A stretch of 64,000 nucleotides of DNA from an uncultured Oscillospiraceae bacterium (lineage in GTDB: Bacteria > Bacillota > Clostridia > Christensenellales > CAG-138), in assembly GCA_964496795.1 (NCBI GenBank), contig CAZCAV010000005.1, forward strand, positions 1,944 to 65,943, given 5' to 3'. The notes beneath the pieces were generated by a model. That model searched no databases and was not told the DNA's origin. It saw nothing but the letters and a program-made list of their open reading frames with translations. The position numbers were made by a program, and so were the translations under genes. Positions 21,083-30,147 of this stretch are shown here, in pieces (positions within the stretch are counted from its first letter, which is position 1; the number at the start of each line of letters is the position of its first letter).

Positions 21083-21085
21083 GAG

Positions 21086-21496
21086 CTAATTTTCGATCTC
21101 TGCCGCAGGATCAGATAATATTTCGCGCATGACAGGCTGAAAGGAGTTCCGGCGCTTCAATCGGCGGTCGATGACGCGCAGCACCACAAACGAAAGCGCC
21201 CAGCCGCCAAGGCCGCAACACACTGCGGCGATCTCCGAAAAGCGGCTGCCTGCCCAAACGCCAAGCAGCAGCAGCGCCAAGGGAATCAGATAGGCGATCA
21301 TGCTCGCGCCCGCCACCTGCCTGCCGCCGAGTTCCACGGAAACGGTATCACCGATTTTTGCGCCCAGCGTGTTCGGCAGCGTCATCTCCATCTGCTGAGG
21401 CCCGGCAGAAAGGCAAGCGCCGCAATGCGCGCACATTTTACTGCGCGAAAAGTTCAACGTTGCCTCCTGGCCGCTGAGCGCGACCACCACGCCCAT
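21086..21496 (-). CDS. RseC/MucC-family small membrane protein
   Basis: ORF 21086..21526. The likely start is the internal MGVVVALSGQEATL, by analogy with family N-termini. Cys cluster CAHCGAC followed by two hydrophobic helices. The start is uncertain (21526 or 21496). Confidence 0.65.
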   Translation of the reverse strand: MGVVVALSGQEATLNFSRSKMCAHCGACLSAGPQQMEMTLPNTLGAKIGDTVSVELGGRQVAGASMIAYLIPLALLLLGVWAGSRFSEIAAVCCGLGGWALSFVVLRVIDRRLKRRNSFQPVMREILSDPAAEIEN

Positions 21497-21515
21497 ATGC
21501 GCCGCGGCTCCGCCT

Positions 21516-23315
21516 TCAGTCCGCATCGATACTCACGCAACGGATATGCAGCTCAGCCATCTGTTTATCGTCCACCATCTCCGGCGCGCCGGTCAGCGGG
21601 CAGGAAGCGTTCTGCACCTTGGGGAAAGCAATGACGTCGCGTATGCTGGCCGAACCGCAGATCAGCATGGCCAGCCGGTCGAGGCCATAGGCCAGTCCGC
21701 CGTGCGGCGGCGGGCCGAAGCGGAACGCGTCCAGCAGATAGCCAAAGCGGCGCTGCGCCTCCTCGTCCGTAAAGCCCAATGCGCGGAACATACGCTTTTG
21801 CAGCTCCTGCGAATGGATTCGGATGGAACCGCCGCCGATCTCGTTTCCGTTGAGCACGATATCATACGCCTTGGCGCGCACGCTGCCGGGATCAGACTCC
21901 AGACGGTCGAGATCCTCATCCATAGGACTGGTAAAGGGATGGTGCATCGCCATAAAGCGGTTCTCTTGCTCGCTCCACTCAAGAAGCGGAAACTCGGTGA
22001 CCCAGAGCAGATTAAACCGGTTCTCCGGAATCAGTTCCAGCTTTTCGGCCAGTTTGAGGCGCAGCGCGCCAAGCGAAGCATAGACGGTCTCATCCTTATC
22101 GGCGACCATAAACAAAATATCGCCGGTCTCCAGATTGGCGGCGTCCTTGATGGCCGTGATTTCGCCGTCAGTCAAAAATTTTGCGACGGGCGATTGCAGT
22201 CCCTCCGGTTTATCATTCATCCATGCAAGGCCCTTGGCGCGATAGGTCTTGACGAACTCACCCAGCGCGTCGATCTCCTTGCGTGAAAAGCGATTGCCAA
22301 AGCCCTTGGCGTTGATTGCGCGCACGCTACCGTCGTCCTCAATTGCTTTGGCAAATACCGAAAATCCGCAGCCGCGCACTGCGTTCGTCAGATCGATCAG
22401 CTCAAGGCCAAAGCGCGTATCCGGCTTATCGGAGCCAAAGCGATTCATAGCCTCCCTCCAGGTCAGTCGGGGAAGCGGAAGCTGAACGTCAAAATCCAGC
22501 GTTTCCTTGAACAGTCTCTTTAAAAAGCCCTCGTTGACCGCCATAACATCATCGGCTTCCACAAAACTCATCTCCAGATCGATCTGCGTGAAGTCGGGCT
22601 GGCGGTCGGCGCGCAAATCCTCGTCGCGGAAGCAGCGCGCGATCTGCATATAACGGTCATAGCCTGAAAGCATCAAAAGCTGCTTGAAAAGCTGCGGGCT
22701 CTGCGGCAGAGCATAGAATTTTCCCGCATGGATGCGGCTCGGCACCAGATAATCGCGCGCGCCCTCGGGCGTACTTTTGGTCAGCATCGGCGTTTCTATC
22801 TCCAGAAAGCCGTTTTCCGCAAAGTAATTCCGCGCACAAAAGGAAATCTGATGGCGCATCATCAGGTTTCGCTGCATACAGGGGCGTCTTAAGTCCAAAT
22901 AGCGGTATTTCAGGCGCACAAGCTCGCTGGCGCTGCAATTGTCGTCCACCTCGATCGGCGGCGTTTCGCTGACGCTGAGAATCTTAAACTCTCCGGCAAG
23001 CACTTCCAGTTCGCCGGTCTTCATCTGGGGATTGACCATGCTGCCGGTACGCAAAACAAGCTTTCCGCGCACGGCCAGCACATATTCCGAACGGATCGTG
23101 CAGGCACGGTCAAAATCGTCCTTGCTCAGCGTAGAGGAATCGAACACCACCTGCATAAGACCGCTGCGATCGCGCAGCTGTATAAATACCAACGCGCCAA
23201 GGTCGCGCCGGACGTTGACCCAGCCCATCAGCGTTACGGTCTCTTCTACCTGTTCCCTAGTGAAATCAGCGCAATATGCGGTGCGCTTCCAGCCGCTCAA
23301 CAGCTCTGCCATCAT
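21516..23315 (-). CDS. aspS: Aspartyl-tRNA synthetase
   Basis: 599 aa. OB-fold N-terminus [24 protein letters not shown]. Class II motifs [18 protein letters not shown] and [15 protein letters not shown]. Confidence 0.97.
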   Translation of the reverse strand: MMAELLSGWKRTAYCADFTREQVEETVTLMGWVNVRRDLGALVFIQLRDRSGLMQVVFDSSTLSKDDFDRACTIRSEYVLAVRGKLVLRTGSMVNPQMKTGELEVLAGEFKILSVSETPPIEVDDNCSASELVRLKYRYLDLRRPCMQRNLMMRHQISFCARNYFAENGFLEIETPMLTKSTPEGARDYLVPSRIHAGKFYALPQSPQLFKQLLMLSGYDRYMQIARCFRDEDLRADRQPDFTQIDLEMSFVEADDVMAVNEGFLKRLFKETLDFDVQLPLPRLTWREAMNRFGSDKPDTRFGLELIDLTNAVRGCGFSVFAKAIEDDGSVRAINAKGFGNRFSRKEIDALGEFVKTYRAKGLAWMNDKPEGLQSPVAKFLTDGEITAIKDAANLETGDILFMVADKDETVYASLGALRLKLAEKLELIPENRFNLLWVTEFPLLEWSEQENRFMAMHHPFTSPMDEDLDRLESDPGSVRAKAYDIVLNGNEIGGGSIRIHSQELQKRMFRALGFTDEEAQRRFGYLLDAFRFGPPPHGGLAYGLDRLAMLICGSASIRDVIAFPKVQNASCPLTGAPEMVDDKQMAELHIRCVSIDAD

Positions 23316-23322
23316 GCTTCTC

Positions 23323-24582
23323 CTATCGTAAACAATTCCGTATCGCTTCCGCGTTCAGTTCCGTTTCCGTCCGTTCGCCGTCCGCCATTCTCCGAACGTC
23401 GGCGGTTTTGCGCGCCAGTTCATCGTCGCCAAGCGTCAGAACATACTGAGCGGCCACCTTGTCGGCATATTTAAACTGCGCCTTCATGCTGCGGCCAACA
23501 TGATCGATCTCTACGCTGTGTCCAAGCCGGCGCAGCTCGTCCGCCAATAAAAATGCGCGCGCCTTGGCCGCTTCGCCGCAGGAAGCGATATACAGCTCAT
23601 AGCGTCTCGGCGCCTCGATCGAAATGCCGGACTGCTCCAGCAGCAAAAGCAGCCTTTCCATGCCCATACCAAAGCCCACGGCAGGCGTCTCAGGCCCGCC
23701 AAGCTGAGCGACCAGCCCATCGTAGCGGCCGCCGCCACAAACGGTGCCCTGCGCGCCAATGCGGTCGCTGACGATCTCGAACACCGTCTTGGTATAATAA
23801 TCCAGTCCGCGTACAAGCGAAGGCGTTACCTCGCAGCATATGTTCACAGCTTTCAAATAGGATTGCAGCGTTTCAAAATGGCTGCGGCAATCCTCGCAGA
23901 TATAATCCAGTATCGAGGGGGCTCCGCGCCTGAGCTCTGCACAGCGCTCCGTCTTGCAGTCGAGTATGCGCAGGGGATTCAGCTCGTAACGGGTTCGGCA
24001 GGTCTCGCAAAGCTCGTCATAGTGCTCCTTGAAGTAAGCGCGAAGCGCCTGCTGATAGGCAGGGCGGCACTTTGGGCAGCCGATGCTGTTGATCAGAACC
24101 CTGAGGTCAGTGCAGCCAAGCCGGGTCAGCAGCCGCACGGCCAGAGCGATACATTCTGCGTCAGCGCTCGGCTGGGCCGCGCCAAAGAACTCTACGCCAA
24201 ACTGATGATGCTCGCGCAGCCTGCCCGCCTGCGGTCTTTCATAGCGGAATACAGGAAAGTTGAGATAATACAGCTTGGTAGGCTGCGTTTCCGCATAGAG
24301 GTTGTTCTCGACGAGCAGACGTACAAAGCCGGCCGTACCCTCGGGCTTAAGCGTCATCGAGCGGCCGCCTTTGTCCAAAAAGCTGTACATTTCCTTCTGC
24401 ACAATATCGGTAGTATCGCCTACGCCGCGCAGGAACAGCTCCGTATGCTCAAAGGTTGGCGTCCGCGCCTCCTGAAAGCCAAATTCCCGGGCCATATCCC
24501 GCATGACGGATTCGATATACTGCCACTGATAGCTGCTCCCCGGCAAAACGTCCTTCGTGCCTTTCGGCGCCTGATATCCCAT
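23323..24582 (-). CDS. hisS: Histidyl-tRNA synthetase
   Basis: Start placed at MGYQAPKGTKDVLP (ATG 24582), with GAGGAGG 6 nt upstream. The 52 codons upstream in the track ORF overlie the T-box leader. Confidence 0.95.
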   Translation of the reverse strand: MGYQAPKGTKDVLPGSSYQWQYIESVMRDMAREFGFQEARTPTFEHTELFLRGVGDTTDIVQKEMYSFLDKGGRSMTLKPEGTAGFVRLLVENNLYAETQPTKLYYLNFPVFRYERPQAGRLREHHQFGVEFFGAAQPSADAECIALAVRLLTRLGCTDLRVLINSIGCPKCRPAYQQALRAYFKEHYDELCETCRTRYELNPLRILDCKTERCAELRRGAPSILDYICEDCRSHFETLQSYLKAVNICCEVTPSLVRGLDYYTKTVFEIVSDRIGAQGTVCGGGRYDGLVAQLGGPETPAVGFGMGMERLLLLLEQSGISIEAPRRYELYIASCGEAAKARAFLLADELRRLGHSVEIDHVGRSMKAQFKYADKVAAQYVLTLGDDELARKTADVRRMADGERTETELNAEAIRNCLR

Positions 24583-24589
24583 CGTATCC

Positions 24590-24817
24590 TCCTCGAATAA
24601 AAAGGGTTCCCTGTCCAAAAGGGACGGGAAACCCGTGGTGCCACCCTGATTGAGCCTAAGCTCCGCTCTGTCCCCGATAACGCAGGGTCTACGCGTCGCG
24701 GTACTGCCGCGCGGTTCACGGGCGTCCTTCCCCATCACTGCGTCCGCGCGGCTTGCAGCAATTGCCGCGCTCTCTTAAAGGACGCCTGTGATCGGTACTC
24801 TTCCGATCAGCACCTTT
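24590..24817 (-). promoter_or_regulatory. T-box leader (tRNA-sensing riboswitch) controlling hisS-aspS
   Basis: Minus strand carries the conserved T-box sequence AATCAGGGTGGCACCACGGG (24651-24632). It overlaps the 5' arm of an imperfect GC-rich terminator hairpin GGGTTTCCCGTCCC-TTTT-GGACAGGGAACCC plus TTTTTATT (24634-24596). Upstream AGAGTA and AAGAGAG motifs are typical of Stem I. Confidence 0.85.
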
Positions 24818-24823
24818 TCATAC

Positions 24824-24852
24824 ATTATAGCGGCGGCAAATGCGCCTGTCAA
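24824..24852 (-). promoter_or_regulatory. Consensus sigma-A promoter of the T-box/hisS-aspS unit
   Basis: Minus strand TTGACA (24852-24847), 17-nt spacer, TATAAT (24829-24824). The -35 overlaps the hemZ-like stop codon. Confidence 0.7.
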
Positions 24853-26294
24853 TCCAGAAACTGCCGGCGCTTTTGCTCGTTCAAAAGAGGAAGCTTCCGT
24901 ATATACGTCGGCACATCCTTGGGCGACGGTACGCGCTCGATACGGTTCTCACCTTCAAAAACACGCTTGGTCATAGCGCCCGCGCCATGCGAGAGTATGC
25001 CGATGCTCTCCTCCATCATGTCGATGTTGTAGCGGCAGATGCAGTCCGGCCTTGCGTAGCCCACGTTCTCCAGATTGCCGCTCATGTATTTCTGACGGTA
25101 CATATAATACGGCTGCATGTGCAGCCGCTCTGCCAGCTCTGCGCCAATAGCGGTCATGGCCCCGGCTTCGCGGGCTGTCGGCAGCGCGTATTCTTCCATG
25201 CAGTCCTTAAGCCGCGAGGAACGCTTTACGGCCAGCGCGTGAACGGTCAGATTGTCCGGCCCAAGGCGCTCGATCGCAAGGCAGCTGCGCTCCATATCCG
25301 ACGGCGTTTCGCCGGGCAGGCCCGCAATCAGATCCATATTGATCCGATCAAAGCCCAGCTCCCGTGCGAGAAAAAAAGCCTTGACGGTGTCCGCAGCGGT
25401 ATGCGAGCGCCCGACGCGAAGAAGCGTTTCATCATTCATGGATTGGGGATTGATGGATATGCGCCGAACTCCATGCGCTTTTAAAACACACAGCTTTTCC
25501 CGATCAATGGTATCCGGCCGGCCCGCCTCCACCGTCAGCTCGTCAAATGTGCCGTATACATGCCGCATATGCGACAAAAGTCTGTCAAGCTGACCGGCAT
25601 TGAGTATGGTCGGCGTTCCGCCGCCGACATAGGCCGCGCGTACGCGGTAGCCGCCGTCCCTTGTCAGCGCGCCGCCAAGGCGGATATCCTCGAACAGCGC
25701 GTCCAGATAAGCCTCGAGCTCCGCAGTCTGTCTGGGCACGACGGAGCCAAAGGAGCAATACAGGCAGCGCGTACGGCAAAACGGAATGCCCACATAGATA
25801 TCGATATCCCGCGGCTCGGCCGACAGGAGCACCTCTCTTTGGACGGCGCAAATACGCCGTGCCAGCGCCGTCTTTTCAGGCGTAACGCAGAATACGTTCA
25901 AAAAGCTGTCCGTCGCCGCCGTCTCGCCCTGCTCCGCCGACAGCTCGCGAAACAGCTTTGTCGGGCGAATACCGGTCAACGAGCCCCAAGGCGGCTGGAT
26001 CTCGGGATACAGACGACGCATCAGATGATATGCCGCCAGCTTGATATGACGCTTCTCCAGCTTCTTTTTCATAAGCGGCGAGCTCTCCGGTATCTCAAAG
26101 CGATCCGTATAGCGCTCGCTGCCGGCGGATGCACAGACGGTATACAGGCCGTCGCTTTCACTAAGCTGCACATTCACCGTCATTTCGTCGCCGGACGGCT
26201 CCGACAGAGAAACATCGGCAAAGCCGAGAAACAATCGGATCTCCTCGGCAATATCGTTTGCGTATTCCTTCCTGTTCGTAACAAGGGCTACCAT
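24849..26294 (-). CDS. hemZ: Radical-SAM HemN/HemZ-family protein (oxygen-independent coproporphyrinogen-III oxidase-like)
   Basis: 481 aa. CxxxCxxC motif GIPFCRTRCLYCSF. The long N-terminal extension before the radical-SAM core matches the HemZ-type proteins as I remember them. Confidence 0.7.
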   Translation of the reverse strand: MVALVTNRKEYANDIAEEIRLFLGFADVSLSEPSGDEMTVNVQLSESDGLYTVCASAGSERYTDRFEIPESSPLMKKKLEKRHIKLAAYHLMRRLYPEIQPPWGSLTGIRPTKLFRELSAEQGETAATDSFLNVFCVTPEKTALARRICAVQREVLLSAEPRDIDIYVGIPFCRTRCLYCSFGSVVPRQTAELEAYLDALFEDIRLGGALTRDGGYRVRAAYVGGGTPTILNAGQLDRLLSHMRHVYGTFDELTVEAGRPDTIDREKLCVLKAHGVRRISINPQSMNDETLLRVGRSHTAADTVKAFFLARELGFDRINMDLIAGLPGETPSDMERSCLAIERLGPDNLTVHALAVKRSSRLKDCMEEYALPTAREAGAMTAIGAELAERLHMQPYYMYRQKYMSGNLENVGYARPDCICRYNIDMMEESIGILSHGAGAMTKRVFEGENRIERVPSPKDVPTYIRKLPLLNEQKRRQFLD

Positions 26295-26932
26295 TGGGAT
26301 CGGCCGCCATAGGCGGTGAACGGATTATAATGGCGTTCGTGATCAAGCGTGGTTGCCTGACCGTGCCCGCAGTACACGGTATAGTCGCCCTCAAGCGGAT
26401 AGAGCTTATCCACGATCGAGTGATACAGCTCCGTATGCGAGCATCCGGGAAAATCCGTACGACCGGCGCTTTCAAAAAATAGCGTGTCTCCGCAAAATAT
26501 GATCCGCTGCTCCCTGAGAACGTAGCACACGCCGCCCGGCGAATGCCCGGGCGTATGCAGCACCAGAAAGTGCAGACCCGCGGCGTCAAGCTCGTCGCCG
26601 TCATGCAAAAGCACATCCGCGCTGACCTTGTTCACAGATAGGCCCATGAGCATGGACAGGCTTGCGCGATTGCTGGTAAGCGCTTCAGCATCCTCTTCAT
26701 GGATACACAGAAGCGCGTGTGCATGCTCCTTTAGCTGCGCCGCGCCGCCGGTATGATCGAAGTGGCCGTGCGTAATCAATATATGCGTGCAGGTCAATTG
26801 GTTCTTTTCCAAATATGCGATTACCGGAGCCGCCTCGCCCGGGTCAATCACCGCCACGTCCCTAGTATCGTCAGCGCCTGCGATATATGTATTCACGGCC
26901 AGGGAGCCACAAATCAGCCGTTCAAGCCGCAT
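26288..26932 (-). CDS. MBL-fold metallo-hydrolase (glyoxalase II-like)
   Basis: 214 aa. HxHxDH motif ILITHGHFDHTGG, later HTPGHSPG. Confidence 0.8.
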   Translation of the reverse strand: MRLERLICGSLAVNTYIAGADDTRDVAVIDPGEAAPVIAYLEKNQLTCTHILITHGHFDHTGGAAQLKEHAHALLCIHEEDAEALTSNRASLSMLMGLSVNKVSADVLLHDGDELDAAGLHFLVLHTPGHSPGGVCYVLREQRIIFCGDTLFFESAGRTDFPGCSHTELYHSIVDKLYPLEGDYTVYCGHGQATTLDHERHYNPFTAYGGRSQW

Positions 26933-27378
26933 TAAAACATCCTCCTGCTGTCGAGCAATATCGTATGCGGGCCGTCGTTTTCGACGACCACACGCATCAG
27001 CGCCTGAAAACGGCCCGTGGAAACTGGGACGCTGGCGGAGATGGCCTTGATCGCATACTCGTAGAGCGGAACGGCCTGTTCCGGCCGCGCCGCACGAATG
27101 TAGCTTGGCCGCCGGCCCTTTCGCGCATCGGCCAAGAGCGTAAACTGCGATACCAGCAGCACCGCGCCGCCTGCTTCCGCAACCGAAAGATTCGGCGTTT
27201 CATTTGCATCGTCAAACACACGAAGGCCGACGATCTTCTGACAAATATAATCGGCGTCCGCCTCGCAGTCGCCCGTCTCAATACCGAGAAACACGACAAG
27301 GCCCCTGTCTATCCGACCGACCGTCTCGCCGTCCACGGTAACAAACGCAGATAAAGCCCGCTGTACAACCGCCCGCAT
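26932..27378 (-). CDS. dtd: D-aminoacyl-tRNA deacylase
   Basis: 148 aa. MRAVVQRA...VSQFTL...GRRPS motifs. Directly downstream of relA, as in Bacillus. Confidence 0.95.
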   Translation of the reverse strand: MRAVVQRALSAFVTVDGETVGRIDRGLVVFLGIETGDCEADADYICQKIVGLRVFDDANETPNLSVAEAGGAVLLVSQFTLLADARKGRRPSYIRAARPEQAVPLYEYAIKAISASVPVSTGRFQALMRVVVENDGPHTILLDSRRMF

Positions 27379-27387
27379 GTCCGCTCC

Positions 27388-29559
27388 TTAATGATTCATG
27401 CGGTACACCTCGTGTACGCACTTCAGTTTTTTGAGATTGCGAATGATCACATTCAGCTGTTCCGTGTTTGTCACGGCAAAGGTCATCTCAACAATATAGC
27501 TGCCGGCCTGATCCGCGTGTCCGCTGATGCTCTGTATGCTGATGTTCAGTCCGGAGAGCTGCATGGATATTTCAGAGACGGTGCCGGGCAGATCGTCGGC
27601 GACGACCTGCACGGAAGCGTTGAAGGAGCTGCGCGTATTGATCGCCCAGGCCACTTCAATAATGCGGTCCATATCGGTCTGTAAATTGGATACGTTGCTG
27701 CAGTCGGCGCGGTGCACGGAAACGCCGCGGCCGCGCGTAATGTACCCTATGATCGGATCGCCGGGCAGCGGGTTGCAGCAGTTGCCAAAGCGGACCGCCA
27801 TGCCGGGATCGCCATGCACAATGATCCCGTTGACAGGTACGGAGCCCTTGCTCTCCTCGTGCGTCTCGCTGCGCTCAATCCGCGCGGCAAGCTGCTCCTG
27901 CTTCTCCGCCTTCTTATGCAGCTCCATAAGCTTATGGAGCACCTGGCCGGACGAAACGCCTCCAAAGCCAATGGCGGAATACAGATCGTCGAGGGACGAC
28001 ATGTTCAAACGTTTCAGGATCTCGTTATAGTACTCCGGTTTTAAAAGCGTTACAAGGGATTGGGTCTGACGCTTGGCGGTATCCTCGAGCATTTCCCGTC
28101 CGCGCTGAACGTTCTCCTCACGGTTCTCCTTTTTAAACCATTGACGTATCTTGTTGCGTGCGGATTGGGTCTTGACGATCTTCAGCCAGTCGCGGCTGGG
28201 GCCCTGCTGCGCGTTGGAGGTTATGATCTCCACAACGTCGTTGGTTTTGAGCTTGTAGTCCAGTCGAACGAGCGCGCCGTTCACCTTGGCACGCTGGCAG
28301 TGATGGCCGATGTTGGTATGAATTCGATAGGCAAAGTCCAACGGCGTCGAGCCCTTGGGTAAGTCGATGATCTCGCCGCGCGGCGTCAGGACAAAGACAT
28401 ATTCACCTAAGAAGTCCTTGAGAATATTGTCAACGAATTCCTTGCTGTCCTCCGTGGTATCCTTGGCCTCGACTATCTGCCTGAGCCAACTCGTTTTTTT
28501 ATCCAGAAGGCTCTGTACCGTCCGGCCCTCCTTGTACATCCAATGCGCGGCAATGCCGTATTCCGCCGTCCTGTGCATCTCCGCCGTACGGATCTGAACC
28601 TCAAAGGGGATGCCGTTATCCGCCAAAAGTGTCGTGTGCAGCGAACGGTACATGTTTGGCTTCGGAGTCGCAATATAATCCTTGAAGCGGCCCGGCAACG
28701 GCTTCCAGCCGGCATGCAGCACGCCGAGAGCCGCATAGCAGTCGTTGATGGAATTAACGATCACCCGAATGGCGATCAGGTCATAAACCTCGCTGATACC
28801 GGAATTCTGACGCTGCATTTTGCGATAGACGCTATACAGATGCTTGGGGCGGCCGCTGATGCTCGCCTCGATACCGGCCTCTTTCATGGATTCGCTGATC
28901 TTGAGCATGGCGTCGTTGAGCACCTCGGCTCTCTCCGCCTGCTGCTGCTCAAACTGCCGCTTGATGTCGGCGTATTCGGCGGGCATCAGATACATGAAGG
29001 ACAGATCCTCCATTTCGCCCTTGAGTGCGCCCATGCCAAAGCGATGCGCCAAAGGCGCGTATACCTCAAGCGTTTCTTTAGCCTTTCTGGCACGCTTCAG
29101 CGGCGTGCAGTAGGCGATGGTCCGCATATTGTGCAGACGGTCGGCAAGCTTGATGATCACGACGCGCACATCCGCCGCAATCGCCAAAAACAGCTTGCGC
29201 AGATTCTCGGCCTGCTCCTGTTTTTTGGTAATATAGGTCTGCTTTCCTGAAATGGTCAGCTTGGTTACGCCATCGACCAGCTTGGCCACCTCTGGGCCGA
29301 ATTCCTTCTCGATATCCTGAATGGTGACGTTGTCGCCATCCTCCACCACATCATGCAGCATGGCGGCAACAACGCTCTCGGCGTCCATGCCCATATCCAT
29401 GACGATCTTTGCAACCGCCTCGGGGTGAATATAATATGGCTCGCCGGATTCGCGCAGCTGACCCGCGTGAACGCGCTTGGCAAATTCCATCGCCCGTTCA
29501 AACATTTGTGTCTGCTCCGGCGTATACTGCTCAGAAAATCGCTCCAGCAGCTTATCCAT
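27388..29559 (-). CDS. relA: Bifunctional (p)ppGpp synthetase/hydrolase RelA/SpoT homologue
   Basis: HD domain (HPEAVA...LHDVVED), synthetase domain (YRSLHTTL), plus TGS and ACT regions. Start placed at MDKLLERF (ATG 29559) with GGAGG 8 nt upstream. Confidence 0.95.
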   Translation of the reverse strand: MDKLLERFSEQYTPEQTQMFERAMEFAKRVHAGQLRESGEPYYIHPEAVAKIVMDMGMDAESVVAAMLHDVVEDGDNVTIQDIEKEFGPEVAKLVDGVTKLTISGKQTYITKKQEQAENLRKLFLAIAADVRVVIIKLADRLHNMRTIAYCTPLKRARKAKETLEVYAPLAHRFGMGALKGEMEDLSFMYLMPAEYADIKRQFEQQQAERAEVLNDAMLKISESMKEAGIEASISGRPKHLYSVYRKMQRQNSGISEVYDLIAIRVIVNSINDCYAALGVLHAGWKPLPGRFKDYIATPKPNMYRSLHTTLLADNGIPFEVQIRTAEMHRTAEYGIAAHWMYKEGRTVQSLLDKKTSWLRQIVEAKDTTEDSKEFVDNILKDFLGEYVFVLTPRGEIIDLPKGSTPLDFAYRIHTNIGHHCQRAKVNGALVRLDYKLKTNDVVEIITSNAQQGPSRDWLKIVKTQSARNKIRQWFKKENREENVQRGREMLEDTAKRQTQSLVTLLKPEYYNEILKRLNMSSLDDLYSAIGFGGVSSGQVLHKLMELHKKAEKQEQLAARIERSETHEESKGSVPVNGIIVHGDPGMAVRFGNCCNPLPGDPIIGYITRGRGVSVHRADCSNVSNLQTDMDRIIEVAWAINTRSSFNASVQVVADDLPGTVSEISMQLSGLNISIQSISGHADQAGSYIVEMTFAVTNTEQLNVIIRNLKKLKCVHEVYRMNH

Positions 29560-29585
29560 ACTCTCACCTCCTTCAGTAACGGTAT

Positions 29586-29615
29586 GAAAAAGAATCAACG
29601 GCGTCCCGTTGATTC
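29586..29615 (-). terminator. Rho-independent terminator after apt
   Basis: Minus strand GAATCAACGG-GACG-CCGTTGATTC (perfect 10-bp stem), followed by TTTTTCAT. Confidence 0.75.
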
Positions 29616-29631
29616 AAATGGCCCCCTAAAA

Positions 29632-30147
29632 TCAAAACACCATGACAGACTGTACGTCGTAGCCCTTCAGAAGCGCGCGGCCGTCAAACTCAGACGCCAG
29701 CTCTATGGCAAAACGCACGCCGACCACGTTGCCGCCAGCCTGCTCGACCAACTTGATCGTGGCCAGCGAGGTGCCGCCGGTGGCCAGCAGATCGTCGACA
29801 AATACGACGTTCTGTCCAGGCTGAATCGCATCCTCGTGGATCTCCAGAACATCCGTTCCGTATTCAAGCCCGTATTCATACCGAAGCGTTTTGCAGGGCA
29901 GCTTGCCCGGCTTTCTCGCCACAATGAAGCCGGCATGCAGCGCGTAAGCAAGGGCGGAGCCGATCACAAAGCCGCGCGCCTCCGGCCCGATCACCAGATC
30001 CACCCGGCGGTCGCGCAGCGATTCCGCGATCGTATCAATCAAAGCGCAATAACCGTCGGCGTCCTTTATCAGCGTGGTGATGTCGCGGAACATAACGCCC
30101 TGTATCGGAAAATCCGGTATGCTGCGAATCTTTTCTTTTAAATCCAT
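29632..30147 (-). CDS. apt: Adenine phosphoribosyltransferase
   Basis: 171 aa. IPDFPIQGVMFRDIT and the PRPP motif VVFVDDLLATGGT. Confidence 0.95.
   Translation of the reverse strand: MDLKEKIRSIPDFPIQGVMFRDITTLIKDADGYCALIDTIAESLRDRRVDLVIGPEARGFVIGSALAYALHAGFIVARKPGKLPCKTLRYEYGLEYGTDVLEIHEDAIQPGQNVVFVDDLLATGGTSLATIKLVEQAGGNVVGVRFAIELASEFDGRALLKGYDVQSVMVF

Noticed and set aside
24583-24738. N-terminal 52-codon extension of hisS in the ORF track.
   Set aside because: The stretch contains the T-box motif and terminator hairpin. A strong RBS precedes the internal MGYQAPKGTKD start, which matches HisS N-termini.
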